Source of the DNA: an uncultured Elusimicrobium sp.
GTDB taxonomy: Bacteria; Elusimicrobiota; Elusimicrobia; Elusimicrobiales; Elusimicrobiaceae
Direction of reading: 5' to 3'
DNA length: 54,432 bases
NCBI GenBank assembly: GCA_964442585.1
Contig: CAYUAA010000001.1
Location: 1-54,432 of the forward strand
Under the pieces are notes generated by a model. It did no database searches. It saw only the letters and a list, made by a program, of their open reading frames with translations, and was not told the DNA's origin. The position numbers and the translations under genes were made by a program. Positions 36,814 through 47,240 of this stretch are shown in pieces; the first letter of the stretch is position 1; each line of letters begins with the position of its first letter.

Positions 36814-38427
36814 TTGCTGAACAGATTTAAAGCTGTTTCTTGCTGGAAAAATTTATCCCTCCTCTTGGTCCTGATTGGTTTGGGGGGAGGGATCAGTCTT
36901 TTGTCAGGGCAGGACGTTTGCTTCGACTTCCAAAACTATCACCTCTATATTCCCTACGCCTTTTTACACGGACGTTTAGCTTGGGATATTATCCCCGCCG
37001 GCGCACTGCATACTTTTTTTAATCCGCTTTTGGATGTTCCTTCTTACTTTTTGTTTACTTCATTTTCGTCGTATCCGCGCGTTGTCGCTTTTTTGATGGG
37101 CGGATATTACGGACTCTTTTTGTTTGTTCTGTGGAAGTGTATCGTGCTTTTATTGCCCGGGGAGTTGCGGCCTGCTAGAATAATGCGTTTGCTCGCTTTT
37201 TGTTTGGCGGGATCCGGGTTAGCGGCAATAGGGCAGGTGGGGCGTTTTACCAACGAAATTCAAACCGCTTGTCTTGGCGTGTGCGCTTGTTGGTTGTTGT
37301 TAAAGTCCGCTTGCGGAGGAAACCGCCGCAACTTATATTGGGCTGTTTTTATCGCGGCTTTTACGGCGGGGCTTAAATATACGGCGGGACCCGTGGCGGT
37401 GGGCGTTTGTTTGGGCGGGGGCTGTGTACTGGTGCGGTGGAAAAGCCCCTGGCGTTCATATGTGTATGCGGCTCTTTCGGCCGCGGCGGGGTTTTTGTTG
37501 GCGGATGGTTATTTTTTATACACCAAATGGGTGGAATTAGGCAGCCCGCTGTTCCCGTACTTTAACCATATTTTTAAATCTCCGTATTTTGTGCCGGAAT
37601 CACTTCCCAATGGGTTTGCCACTCCTTACGGTATAAAAGAGTGGTTGTTCCTGCCGTTTTTACGCTATAATTTCCCGGTATTGGAATATCGTTTGGATAT
37701 TCGGTTGATATTAGGGATTGTTTCGTTTTGGGTGTTGGCGGCCAGGAGAATTTTTGTCAAAAAGGCTGTTTTTTCGATGCAGGAAGCATTTTGCCTATGT
37801 TTGTTTGCAGGGACATACAGCGCGTGGGTGTTGTTATTTGGCAATATGCGTTATACCATCTGTTTGGAAGCTTTTTCCGTTTGGTTGTTTACTTTGGCAT
37901 TAAGACGTTTTTTTACGGAGTGTTGGGGTGCGGCATTTTTGTTGATTTTGTGGCTTCTTTTAATAATATACCAACCGCAGCCAGTTTGGCATCGTCATCC
38001 GTTTATAGAAAAAACGATGGTTTTTTCGGAAAAAATCGATGTGCCGGACAATTCTTTTGTGTTGTTGGGAGGACATCTTTCGTTTTTAGTTCCATTTTTA
38101 AATCCGTCCGCGCGCTATGCGGGAGGGGTATGGTTTCCTCCCGAAAAATTACCGCAGGTATCGGCGGAGGATTTGGAGCGTTTCAATTGGCTTCAACCGG
38201 CGGATTACCGGCATGGCTTTGCCCCGCGCGTGCGGAAACAGGTTGCCCGGCAGGAGGGATTGGTGTATGTGTTGGTTCCTTTTGCGCCGTGGATATGGGA
38301 GGATTCTTTATGGAAGGATTATGGCGTTAAAATTACTCCTTCCGCCAAGGACTGTCGTTTTTTCGTCGTTTCTCCCGATGTGTTATACGAGGGCTTTGTA
38401 TTGTGCAAAGCGCAAAAACTGGATTAA
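36814..38427 (+). CDS. Polytopic membrane protein, probable GT-C glycosyltransferase
   Basis: D..FD..NYH, FNPLLD, GLK, G.PLFPYFN.IF; many TM segments; next to a GT2; start uncertain. Confidence 0.6.
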   Translation: MLNRFKAVSCWKNLSLLLVLIGLGGGISLLSGQDVCFDFQNYHLYIPYAFLHGRLAWDIIPAGALHTFFNPLLDVPSYFLFTSFSSYPRVVAFLMGGYYGLFLFVLWKCIVLLLPGELRPARIMRLLAFCLAGSGLAAIGQVGRFTNEIQTACLGVCACWLLLKSACGGNRRNLYWAVFIAAFTAGLKYTAGPVAVGVCLGGGCVLVRWKSPWRSYVYAALSAAAGFLLADGYFLYTKWVELGSPLFPYFNHIFKSPYFVPESLPNGFATPYGIKEWLFLPFLRYNFPVLEYRLDIRLILGIVSFWVLAARRIFVKKAVFSMQEAFCLCLFAGTYSAWVLLFGNMRYTICLEAFSVWLFTLALRRFFTECWGAAFLLILWLLLIIYQPQPVWHRHPFIEKTMVFSEKIDVPDNSFVLLGGHLSFLVPFLNPSARYAGGVWFPPEKLPQVSAEDLERFNWLQPADYRHGFAPRVRKQVARQEGLVYVLVPFAPWIWEDSLWKDYGVKITPSAKDCRFFVVSPDVLYEGFVLCKAQKLD

Positions 38428-38431
38428 GCGT

Positions 38432-39160
38432 ATGTCTCATTTTTCTTTCAATCCCGAGCTTAGCCTGGTATTTCCTTGTTTGAACGAGGAAATGGCTCTT
38501 CCGTTTTGTTTAGCTGCGGCGCGGGAAACTTGCCAAAAAAACGGAATATCATATGAAATAATTGTAGCGGATAACGGTTCGGTTGACGCAAGCGTACAAA
38601 TTGCCCGCACTTACGGTGCGCGCGTGGTGTCCGTGCCCGAAAAAGGATATGGCTCTGCCGTTCATTGTGGTATTCTGGCCGCGCGCGGCAGATATGTGGC
38701 GTTTTGTGATGCGGACGGATCCTATCCCGTTGAATTTTTTACGCGGATGCTTGCTTCAATTAAAGAAACAAATGTCGATCTCTTGCTGGCCAACCGCTTA
38801 AAAGCCCCTATCGAACGCCGCGCGATGCCTCTGCTGAACCGCTATGTAGGCACGCCGGCTTTATCGGCTTTAATACGGTGGCTTTTTTCGTGCCCGGTGT
38901 ATGATTGCAACAGCGGTATGCGTATGTTAAAGCGTGCTGAGTATCCTTCTTTAGGGCTTGGTCATCCGGGTATGGCATATGCGAGCGAGATGATTTGTGC
39001 AGCGGCTTTAAATGGTTGGCGTTATGAAGAATGCGTCATTTCAAAATTTAAAAAAGATTTGCGTATTAGGCCCCCGCATTTGCGCCGCTGGAAAGACGGA
39101 TGGGAGCATTTATGCGTGATTTTGTCTCTGTTTTTACGCACCAAAAAGGGGATTGTGTGA
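38432..39160 (+). CDS. Glycosyltransferase family 2 (DPM1-like)
   Basis: LVFPCLNEE, IIVADNGSVD, GYGSA, DADGSY, DCNSGMR. Confidence 0.92.
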   Translation: MSHFSFNPELSLVFPCLNEEMALPFCLAAARETCQKNGISYEIIVADNGSVDASVQIARTYGARVVSVPEKGYGSAVHCGILAARGRYVAFCDADGSYPVEFFTRMLASIKETNVDLLLANRLKAPIERRAMPLLNRYVGTPALSALIRWLFSCPVYDCNSGMRMLKRAEYPSLGLGHPGMAYASEMICAAALNGWRYEECVISKFKKDLRIRPPHLRRWKDGWEHLCVILSLFLRTKKGIV

Positions 39161-40740
39161 AACGTTATTTGCAATTATTTTCCGTTCCTTCATGGCTTAG
39201 AGCCGGTTTTCTTTTTGTCGCTTGTTTGGCGGCTGGAGGAATTGTCAGCCTGTGTTTGGGGCGGGACGCGTCATCCTATCCCATCGAGTTTACTCTGTAT
39301 CCCGTTCATGCGCTTATCAGCGGGCGTATGGGGATTGACGTGTTTGCGGCCGGTGGCGGGCCAGCGATTAATCCGTTGCTGTATGTGCCTTATTATCTGA
39401 CGTTTGTAAAACTTAATTCGTATCCTGGACCGGCTCTTTTTTTAAGCGGAATTTCATATGGCTTGTTTTTATTTTTTGCATGGAAAATTTGCTCGTGCGC
39501 ATTTAAGGAACAGCGCATATGGGGGCGTGTTACGTGGACAGCTCTGTCCGTTTCAGGTTCCGCCGCGTTAGCGGGAGTCGGCGATGCCAGCGGCGCACTG
39601 TGGCCGGCCGTGCTGTTGACGGGGGCGTGTTGGATTTTATTTTATACACAAAGCCCGAAGGCGCGAAGGGCGGCTTGGTTTGGGGTGGGGGGTGCGGCCG
39701 CGCTTCATTTTTCAGCGGTTTCTGCCGGGATTGGCGTTTTACTGGGGGTGTTTGCGTTGCGAAGAGATAAAAAAATATCCGGACCGTTTGGCTGGGTATT
39801 TGCCGCCTTTGGTTTTCTTGCGCTGATATCGGTGGGCGTATGGTATGCGTGGCGTACAGGGACATTAGATGAATTCGGGACGTTTTTTTGGCCGTGCGGA
39901 TGGGCGTTTGGTTTGCCTGACTGGGCGGTTAAATGGGAAGTCCCTTTGGGTTTTTGGGAGTGGTTTTTACTTCCGGTATGGCGTTTGCGCTATGCATTGC
40001 CGGGTTTTCAAACAGATCCGCGTTTGGCGTGTGGTATTATCAGCGCGTTTATTTTATTAGGCAAACGTCTAAGCAGTCGGAGTTCTCCGCACGAAACGGC
40101 TTGGTGCGTATTCTTTCTGGGAACATATGTCCTGTGGCTTGTCGGTTTTAGGACGGCCACATCCTCCATTGTGTTGGAATTGGCTGGGGTTGTATTGCTG
40201 GGGCGTTGTTTGACGTGGCTGCTGGGCTCCCGTGCGGGCGTGTTGGCGGGGGCGGTATTGTTGTGGATGGCGTTTGCGCCGGTTGTCTCACAGGAACGGT
40301 TGGGGCTGGAAGATCGCAATTTTGCTTTTTTTAAAGAGCCTGTCTTATCGGATAATGCGCTTGTTTTGCTTTCGGGGCATGTGTCCGGTTGGGCCGTATT
40401 TTTCCCGCAAGATGCGCGGTTTGCTGGCGGAGTTTGGTTTGATCCGCAAGATTATGACCCTTCCAAAGAGTTTTTTTTACATCGTTTAAATCCCTTGCCG
40501 TCCGGCTATTATTCTCATAAGCGTGATAACGGCGTCCGCCAGGCTGTCCTCTCCCATCAAGGGGCTGTTTACGTGTTACTTCCTAAGGAAAACTTAACGG
40601 ATTCCCGCTCCGTTTGGCGTCGGTATGGGGTGGAAGTGGCGCAGCCTTTGTCTGCATGTCAGACTTTGTATCCGGCGAATTTGGTGGAAGCGAAAGAGTT
40701 TCTTCTTTGCCGCGCACATACGCTGGCAACTGAAAAATAA
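39157..40740 (+). CDS. Polytopic membrane protein, paralog of 36814-38427
   Basis: Shared NPLL.VP.Y, EW.FLP, D.RL..GI.S, R.AGGVWF.P and YG motifs. Confidence 0.65.
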   Translation: MKRYLQLFSVPSWLRAGFLFVACLAAGGIVSLCLGRDASSYPIEFTLYPVHALISGRMGIDVFAAGGGPAINPLLYVPYYLTFVKLNSYPGPALFLSGISYGLFLFFAWKICSCAFKEQRIWGRVTWTALSVSGSAALAGVGDASGALWPAVLLTGACWILFYTQSPKARRAAWFGVGGAAALHFSAVSAGIGVLLGVFALRRDKKISGPFGWVFAAFGFLALISVGVWYAWRTGTLDEFGTFFWPCGWAFGLPDWAVKWEVPLGFWEWFLLPVWRLRYALPGFQTDPRLACGIISAFILLGKRLSSRSSPHETAWCVFFLGTYVLWLVGFRTATSSIVLELAGVVLLGRCLTWLLGSRAGVLAGAVLLWMAFAPVVSQERLGLEDRNFAFFKEPVLSDNALVLLSGHVSGWAVFFPQDARFAGGVWFDPQDYDPSKEFFLHRLNPLPSGYYSHKRDNGVRQAVLSHQGAVYVLLPKENLTDSRSVWRRYGVEVAQPLSACQTLYPANLVEAKEFLLCRAHTLATEK

Positions 40741-40790
40741 TAGCTTTCAGCCCCTAAAAAATCCCGTTCCCGGGAAGTTTTTGAGTATTG

Positions 40791-41855
40791 TTAATTTCTT
40801 CTTTTTAACAGTTTGGCCCGTTTTTGAAAACGCTTTATGTATAACGGGTGAATATAGCGGATTTCGTTTTCCATCCACTGAGTATCGGCGGAAAAGGCGA
40901 AAAATGGCATAACAACGTCCGCTCCTGCCGCCAGGGCTTTATTCATGCGTGCGCCCGGGGGGATATCCGCCCCGTTTGCAGCCTCCATATTCAGCGCATC
41001 CGGGAAGATGAGGCCTTGGAACGGTATCTCTTTGCGCAGAAAACGATAAAACGCAGGGGAATAGGCGGAAGAGTTTTTAGCGTCTAGGGCGGGATAAACG
41101 CCGTGGGACGTCATCAAACAGTTCCACTGGGCAGCTGCCGTAAACGGGATGATTTTTTCGGTGCGCAGGGTTTTAAGCGGGATATCGATCCTCTGGGCTG
41201 TTTGGTGCGGGTCCGTATCTGACGGAGCACCCGGGAAATGTTTATAACACGGAGTAACGCCTCCTTCATCAAGGCCGCGCGCGAAGGAGTCGGCCAGGGC
41301 TTTGGCGGTTTGTGGATTGGTGGAAAAATAACGGCTGCGGTGGTGGATGTCGTCGCTTGAAGCGGCTTCCGCCAGCGGTGTAAAAACAACGTCTATGCCT
41401 AAATCTTTTAAGGCCCGACCCGTGCGAAGACCGTATTCGTACACTTCGTGAAGGGCCTTGTCTAAATCCGTTTTAGCCAGTTCCCCAAACGTTTGCGGCG
41501 CCGGCGCTTTAAAGCCGGTAATAAAATGTTTCAATCGGTTGACGGCCCCGCCTTCCTGGTCAATAAAAAACAGGAAGTCTTTCCGACCCAGAACCTCTTC
41601 CAACTCTTTTTTAAATTCGGCGGGTTTTAGGCCCGGATGAATGGGAATACTGAGTAAAAAACCGTACGGGTTTACGCGTTTTAAAAAGCGTTTGTCGTCT
41701 TCTTGCAACGGGTAGCGGTTAATCAGCAGGATGACCGGCATAATGGGCTGTTTGGGGGGAAATACGGCCCTGACTAGGCAAAACAACGTTACTGCCGCCA
41801 AAAGCAAGCGCAGGATATTTTTGTAAGTAAGATGATCGGAGAGGCGTTTTGTCAC
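40791..41855 (-). CDS. GH3 beta-N-acetylhexosaminidase (NagZ-like)
   Basis: IDQEGGAVNRL, KHFPG...DPH, FQGLIFPDALNM, AGAD. Confidence 0.85.
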   Translation of the reverse strand: MTKRLSDHLTYKNILRLLLAAVTLFCLVRAVFPPKQPIMPVILLINRYPLQEDDKRFLKRVNPYGFLLSIPIHPGLKPAEFKKELEEVLGRKDFLFFIDQEGGAVNRLKHFITGFKAPAPQTFGELAKTDLDKALHEVYEYGLRTGRALKDLGIDVVFTPLAEAASSDDIHHRSRYFSTNPQTAKALADSFARGLDEGGVTPCYKHFPGAPSDTDPHQTAQRIDIPLKTLRTEKIIPFTAAAQWNCLMTSHGVYPALDAKNSSAYSPAFYRFLRKEIPFQGLIFPDALNMEAANGADIPPGARMNKALAAGADVVMPFFAFSADTQWMENEIRYIHPLYIKRFQKRAKLLKRRN

Positions 41856-41859
41856 GATT

Positions 41860-43167
41860 TTATTGGTTCGAAATTTCCCCGGCGTATTTGCGCGGGTATC
41901 CCAGCCAAATGGCCAACAGCGCGCCCACGCCGAGCAAATACGGGTAATACAGATACTCCATAATTTGCAGCGGCGATACGCCCGCCAAACTGGCCGCCAT
42001 CAGCAGCTGCGCCCCGTAAGGAATAATGCCCTGTACAAAGCAGGAAAAAATGTCGAGCAAACTGGCCGCTCGGTTGGGAGCGATGTTAAATTTTTGGGCG
42101 ATTTCTTTGGCTATTGGGCCGGCCATAATCAGTGCAATGGTGTTGTTTGCCGTGCATAAATTGGCAAATCCCACTACGCCCGCAATGCTTACTTCCGCCC
42201 CTTTGCGGGACGAAATTTTATCCGTCAGCTTATGTATAATCCAGGCCAGGCCGCCGTTATAGCGGATCATTTCCAACATCCCGCCCGCCAAAATGGTGAC
42301 GATTACCAACTCTCCCATGGCGTTGATGCCGCTTCCCATGGCGTTGGTCCAGCCCCACAGGTTAAACGAGCCCGTTATTAGCCCGATTATCCCGCATAAC
42401 ACCGTTCCTCCCAGCAACACGGCCATTACGTTTATACCCATTATGGCCGCAGCGAGTACGGCAATGTAAGGTACCACTTTTAGCCATTGTACTTCTCCGT
42501 GCGTGAAAGAGTGCGTTGCGCCGCCTCCGGCGAACATGTATAGAATTAGCGTCAATATGGCAAACGGAATAACAATGTGAAAGTTGGTTTTGAATTTATC
42601 GGCCATTTTACAGCCCTGCGTGCGGGTAGCGACGATGGTGGTGTCTGAAATAAATGAAAGATTATCGCCAAACATCGCTCCGCTGACGACTACCGCGCTC
42701 ATCAGAGGCAGGGAAAGCCCCGTCTGCGCCGCCAGGCCCGCAGCCACCGGCGTCAGCGCGACAATCGTTCCTACTGACGTACCGACTGAAACCGATATCA
42801 CGCACGCCGCTAAGAATACCCCTGCGGCCAAGATGTTTCCGGGCAGCACGGAAAGCGTTAAATTTACCGTTGCGTCTACCGCACCCATGGCTTTGGCCGT
42901 TTGCGCAAACGCTCCCGCTAATACGAAAATGACCACCATCAGCATAATGTTGGTGTTGGCAGCCCCTTTGCAAAAGAGTTCAATGCGGTTGTGCAGGCCG
43001 CCGCCTTTGCTCATCCATACAGCCACTACGGAAGAAATTACAAACGCCACGGTAATGGGCATTTTGTAAAAATCACCCGCCACCAGCGAAACTGCCAGAT
43101 AAGAGAGTAAAAACACCGCGAGCGGAATCAGCGCAAACGGATTGGGAAAAAGGGTTTCTGTCTTCAT
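41860..43167 (-). CDS. Na+/H+ antiporter NhaC family protein
   Basis: GTSVGT, SGAMFGDNLSFISDTT, IIPYGAQ. Confidence 0.9.
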   Translation of the reverse strand: MKTETLFPNPFALIPLAVFLLSYLAVSLVAGDFYKMPITVAFVISSVVAVWMSKGGGLHNRIELFCKGAANTNIMLMVVIFVLAGAFAQTAKAMGAVDATVNLTLSVLPGNILAAGVFLAACVISVSVGTSVGTIVALTPVAAGLAAQTGLSLPLMSAVVVSGAMFGDNLSFISDTTIVATRTQGCKMADKFKTNFHIVIPFAILTLILYMFAGGGATHSFTHGEVQWLKVVPYIAVLAAAIMGINVMAVLLGGTVLCGIIGLITGSFNLWGWTNAMGSGINAMGELVIVTILAGGMLEMIRYNGGLAWIIHKLTDKISSRKGAEVSIAGVVGFANLCTANNTIALIMAGPIAKEIAQKFNIAPNRAASLLDIFSCFVQGIIPYGAQLLMAASLAGVSPLQIMEYLYYPYLLGVGALLAIWLGYPRKYAGEISNQ

Positions 43168-43312
43168 GAAAACTCCGGGCGGCCGACCGGACGGTGCGCC
43201 GGGCGGAACATAAGGTAATAATATTATATAAAAAATAAAGGTTTTTCAGTTTCTTCGCGTCGCCGTCAAAAGTGATAGAATAAAGTATCCGGCTTAGCCG
43301 CAAGGAGGCCTT

Positions 43313-44542
43313 ATGAAAGCTTGTATTATCACAATTGGGGACGAAATTTTACTCGGTCAAATTTTAGATACCAACTCCCGTTTTATTGCGCGGGAACTGG
43401 CCGGGGCGGGGATAGAAACGGTGGAGATGCGTTCCGTGTCCGACGGCCGCGCCGAAATCCTGCGTGCGGTAGGCGACGCTTTGGCTCTGGCCGACGCCGT
43501 ATTTGTAACGGGCGGCTTGGGACCAACGAAAGATGATATTACCAAAAGCGCGTTAGCGGAGTATTTCGGTACCGAATTGGCGCTCAACCTGCAGGCGCAG
43601 CGGTGGTTGGAGGAAATTTTTGCGGCAAACCCGGCGCGGCTTAACGCCTATAACAAAACCCAAGCGTGGCTGCCAAAGAGTTGTACGCCGCTTTATAATC
43701 CGAAAGGCACGGCTTGCGGCATGTGGTTTGAAAAAGACGGTAAGGTGCTGGTTTCTTTACCTGGCGTACCGTTTGAAACGGAGCATATTTTTCCAGTGGA
43801 AGTAATGCCGCGTTTAAGGGCTAAATTTGGGGATCGGCTGCTGCGTTACAAAACGGTGACGGTATTCGATATTCCGGAAGCGGAACTGGCCATGAAGTTG
43901 GCCGCGTTTGAAGAATCTTTGCCGTACGGCGTGGGATTGGCCTACTTGCCTTCCGCCGGGTTTATCCGTTTGCGTTTAACGGCCAAAGGCGCGGCGGTGG
44001 AAGATTTGGACGTCTTTTTTGACCGTTTGCTTGATGAACTGTCCGGCTTGGCTTTTTCAACGGCGGCCGGAGACGGGGAAGAAGAAAACTTTGCCCGTCG
44101 TTTTCGCGCCTTGGGCAAAACCGTAGCGTGTGCGGAAAGCTGTACGGGAGGGAATATCGCGCACATGATAACGGTTGCCGCGGGCGCGTCCGCTTATTTC
44201 TTAGGCGGCGTAGTTGCTTACTCCAATGGAGTCAAGCAAGCTGTGCTGGGGGTGCGCGCGGCGGATTTAGAATCTTTTGGCGCGGTGAGCGAGCCGGTGG
44301 CTTTGCAAATGGCCGAAGGCGTGCGGCGTATAACGGGGGCGGAGTTTGCCGTATCCACGACAGGCATAGCCGGTCCGGCCGGAGGGAGCGAGGAAAAACC
44401 CGTCGGCACCGTTTGGATTGCCGTTGCCGGACCGAACGGGTCCCGCGCGGAAAAGTTTGTGTTTTCCCGCACGCGCGAGCGTAATATCGGGCGCGCGTCG
44501 GTCAAAGCGATTTCAATGCTGCTGGACGAAATGGAAAAATAG
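43313..44542 (+). CDS. cinA: CinA/PncC family protein
   Basis: IGDEILLG..DTN, GGLGPTKDD, LPGVP, AESCTGG, GIAGP. Confidence 0.93.
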   Translation: MKACIITIGDEILLGQILDTNSRFIARELAGAGIETVEMRSVSDGRAEILRAVGDALALADAVFVTGGLGPTKDDITKSALAEYFGTELALNLQAQRWLEEIFAANPARLNAYNKTQAWLPKSCTPLYNPKGTACGMWFEKDGKVLVSLPGVPFETEHIFPVEVMPRLRAKFGDRLLRYKTVTVFDIPEAELAMKLAAFEESLPYGVGLAYLPSAGFIRLRLTAKGAAVEDLDVFFDRLLDELSGLAFSTAAGDGEEENFARRFRALGKTVACAESCTGGNIAHMITVAAGASAYFLGGVVAYSNGVKQAVLGVRAADLESFGAVSEPVALQMAEGVRRITGAEFAVSTTGIAGPAGGSEEKPVGTVWIAVAGPNGSRAEKFVFSRTRERNIGRASVKAISMLLDEMEK

Positions 44543-44618
44543 ATGTTTTGGTAAGAACGCCCCGGATGAAAAACCGTCCGGGGCGTGTTTTATATTGTAT
44601 TGAGCATTTAGCGGAGGA

Positions 44619-44945
44619 TTAAACCAACAAGGCCGCTATTTTGGTCCGCAATTCGCTTTCGGGCATTTCGCCGGAAAGGGTTTCCACCACTTTGCCGTCT
44701 TTAATAAAGACAAAAGCGGGAATCCCGCGTATGCCGTAGCGTTGGCTGGAAAGCGGTGAATCATCCACATTGACGGCGATGACGCCGGCTTTTCCTTCAA
44801 ATTCTCCCGCCATTTTATCCATAACCGGGTCCATTTTCACACAATGCGGACACCACGGCGCAAAGAATTCAATCACAGCCGCCCGCTGGTATTTGGCGAG
44901 CGCTTTGTCGAACGAAACGTCGTTTACCGTTAATTTTTTCCCCAT
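44619..44945 (-). CDS. Thioredoxin family protein
   Basis: FFAPWCPHC, GIRGIP. Confidence 0.92.
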   Translation of the reverse strand: MGKKLTVNDVSFDKALAKYQRAAVIEFFAPWCPHCVKMDPVMDKMAGEFEGKAGVIAVNVDDSPLSSQRYGIRGIPAFVFIKDGKVVETLSGEMPESELRTKIAALLV

Positions 44946-45054
44946 AATCTAACCCCCTGTTTGATGTTACTCTGTTAGTGTAGGGGGAAAAGAAGCGTTT
45001 GTCCCGCCGTTTTATTAGTTAGAAAAAACCGCGCCTTCAAGACGCGGTTTAACG

Positions 45055-46218
45055 TTATTTGTAGAGAAGAGCCCTAAATTCCGCTGTTTGGTTTAATCCT
45101 TTAAACATCCAGCCTTTTTGATCTTCGTCAAACAGGGATTCGATGTTGCGCAAGTTAAGCCGCAGGGCTTTGTCGACGTTTTGGTAAGCGTTTTTACGAT
45201 CTTTTTTGCTCAGCCAATATACGCCAGCCAGATTGACGTAGGGGGTGGGGGCGGAAGAGTCCAGCTTGATGGCCGTTTCTAAATCTTCTTTTGCGCCGGT
45301 CCAGTCTTTTAAGTGCATTTTGGCAAAGCCGCGGTTGTTGTAAGGAATTGCCCACTTGGGAGAGAGCGCGATGGCTTGGGTGTAATCTTGGGCGGCTTTT
45401 TCAAATTGGCCCATTTCTTCGTAAGTAAGTCCGCGGCGGTTGTAGTAGGACGCTTCGGGTTGGAGCTCGATTAATTTGGTGAAATCTTCCAAAGCGGCGG
45501 GATAATCCGCCATATCTTTAAACGTGCCCCCACGGTAGCGGTAGGCTTGGGCGTGGGATTCGTCGCGGTGAATGGCCTTGCTGTAAGCGGCGATGGCTTC
45601 GTCGGCGCGACCCTGGCCGGAAAGGACGCGGCCCTGCCAGTAGTGTATGTCTGCTCCATCCGCTCCGTTTTTGACGGCGGCGTCCAACATACGCTGTGCG
45701 TCGGCAAAGCGGTAAGATTTGACGTAAACGGGTACAATTTCCAGCGTCAGTGCGGCGTCGGCGCGGCGTTTTCCGAGGTATTTATTATAATCGGCGATTG
45801 CAGCGTCATATTTATTTAAAGCGTCGTTAGCGCGGGCGCGCGCCAGATAAAAATTGCGGTAGGCGGGTTTGAGCGAGATGGCGCGCGTCAAGTCCGACAC
45901 GGCCTGCGCGTATCGGCCCATATCCATATAAACAAGCGCGCGGGCATAGTAGCGGAAAGGATCTTTGGGGTGCAGGGCGATGGTGCGGGTGTAGTCATCC
46001 ACCGCTTGTTTGTTCCGGCCCAGACTGCGGTAGGCGTCACCCCGATAGTGGAACGCATCGGCCATTTTGGGTGCTTTATTTACTACGCGCGTGAGCAGTT
46101 TGATTTGAGTTTGCGGATCTGGCTCGGTTTTGGCCTGGGCAAACAGCTGAGCGGCCGTTTGTGCGTATGTACCGGGCAGGCATAAAAAGAAAAATAAAAT
46201 AAACGTTAAAATGCGCAT
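45055..46218 (-). CDS. Secreted TPR-repeat protein
   Basis: Signal peptide; multiple TPRs (YYNRRGLTYEEMGQFEKAAQDYTQAIAL). Confidence 0.88.
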   Translation of the reverse strand: MRILTFILFFFLCLPGTYAQTAAQLFAQAKTEPDPQTQIKLLTRVVNKAPKMADAFHYRGDAYRSLGRNKQAVDDYTRTIALHPKDPFRYYARALVYMDMGRYAQAVSDLTRAISLKPAYRNFYLARARANDALNKYDAAIADYNKYLGKRRADAALTLEIVPVYVKSYRFADAQRMLDAAVKNGADGADIHYWQGRVLSGQGRADEAIAAYSKAIHRDESHAQAYRYRGGTFKDMADYPAALEDFTKLIELQPEASYYNRRGLTYEEMGQFEKAAQDYTQAIALSPKWAIPYNNRGFAKMHLKDWTGAKEDLETAIKLDSSAPTPYVNLAGVYWLSKKDRKNAYQNVDKALRLNLRNIESLFDEDQKGWMFKGLNQTAEFRALLYK

Positions 46219-46233
46219 ATATTTATTAAACTA

Positions 46234-46944
46234 TTATTTCAACCAAAATATAAAGAGAAAATTTACCATCAGTCCCGCCGCTCCCGCGGCGTAGACAAGA
46301 AACAGCAATAGTGTGGAGAAAAGCCGCAAATTTAAAAATACGGCCCCGGCCAGTGAGGCTTTGCCGGCAAAAATTTTGCCTAGTTTTACCGTCGTGCCCG
46401 ACAATTTTACTATTTTAGCCAACAATACTGAGCGCAGCGCCAACGTTACCGCGCCTAAAAACGCCGTTGCCATCCAGCGCGGGAAGCGTTTAAATTCTTT
46501 CTTTCCCAATTGGCTAAATACTTCCCGCACGCTGCCGGACACCAGTACTTTAGCCTGATCTTTGGCGAGGCCTTCGTTCAAGTCTTCAATGTGCGAAGCA
46601 AGGTTGTCTTTTACCAAGTCGAGTGTGGCGTCGATAAAATCTTCCCATGCCGCACAGGCCGAGCGAACCGAAAACGTGCAGGCCGCCAGCATAGAATAGG
46701 CAAACGCGGCCAGGCTGTAGCAGGCAAATAAAGTGCCGGCTACGGCAAAATTAAGCGGTTCGGGCAGATGTAAGGGTTTTAATAACAGTTGATAGGATGT
46801 ATACGCCGCTAGTAAAAAAAGCCCCATTCCGGCGACTAAATGCGGAAGGAATACTTTTTGCAAGACGGAAGCAAAGCCCAACATTCCTTGCGTAAACAGG
46901 TTTTGTTTGGGGGTGGCGGAAAGCGGGACGGCGTCAGTCTTCAT
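46234..46944 (-). CDS. Hypothetical membrane protein
   Basis: Several hydrophobic segments; ATG MKTDAV overlaps the upstream small ORF. Confidence 0.65.
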   Translation of the reverse strand: MKTDAVPLSATPKQNLFTQGMLGFASVLQKVFLPHLVAGMGLFLLAAYTSYQLLLKPLHLPEPLNFAVAGTLFACYSLAAFAYSMLAACTFSVRSACAAWEDFIDATLDLVKDNLASHIEDLNEGLAKDQAKVLVSGSVREVFSQLGKKEFKRFPRWMATAFLGAVTLALRSVLLAKIVKLSGTTVKLGKIFAGKASLAGAVFLNLRLFSTLLLFLVYAAGAAGLMVNFLFIFWLK

Positions 46945-47080
46945 GGCAGGCACAATGTCCGCAGCAGCCGTTGCAAACGTGCCCCGCGGATTTGCCGACG
47001 GAGGGGACCCGGTCGGACACTTTTACCACTTTTTTTAATTTTTTATCGTACACATACGTGCCGGTATTGTTTTGCATCAT
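46934..47080 (-). CDS. 48-aa Cys/His-rich small protein (not in ORF track)
   Basis: MMQNNTGTYVYDKKLKKVVKVSDRVPSVGKSAGHVCNGCCGHCACHED. Confidence 0.6.
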   Translation of the reverse strand: MMQNNTGTYVYDKKLKKVVKVSDRVPSVGKSAGHVCNGCCGHCACHED

Positions 47081-47240
47081 AAATTTATTATAGCAGTTTC
47101 GGCGGACTTATCAGACGAAAAAATGCTATAATAAATAAAAGTAAAGCGAATTGTTTTAATGTTTTTAAAAAAATATTTGAAAAGAAAAAATAAAAATGTT
47201 AAAATAATTAGGTAGTAAGAAATCCGCACCACAATTTATT

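Noticed and set aside
43168-43312. Riboswitch upstream of the NhaC-family gene
   Set aside because: The GC-rich segment is short and shows no recognisable aptamer consensus
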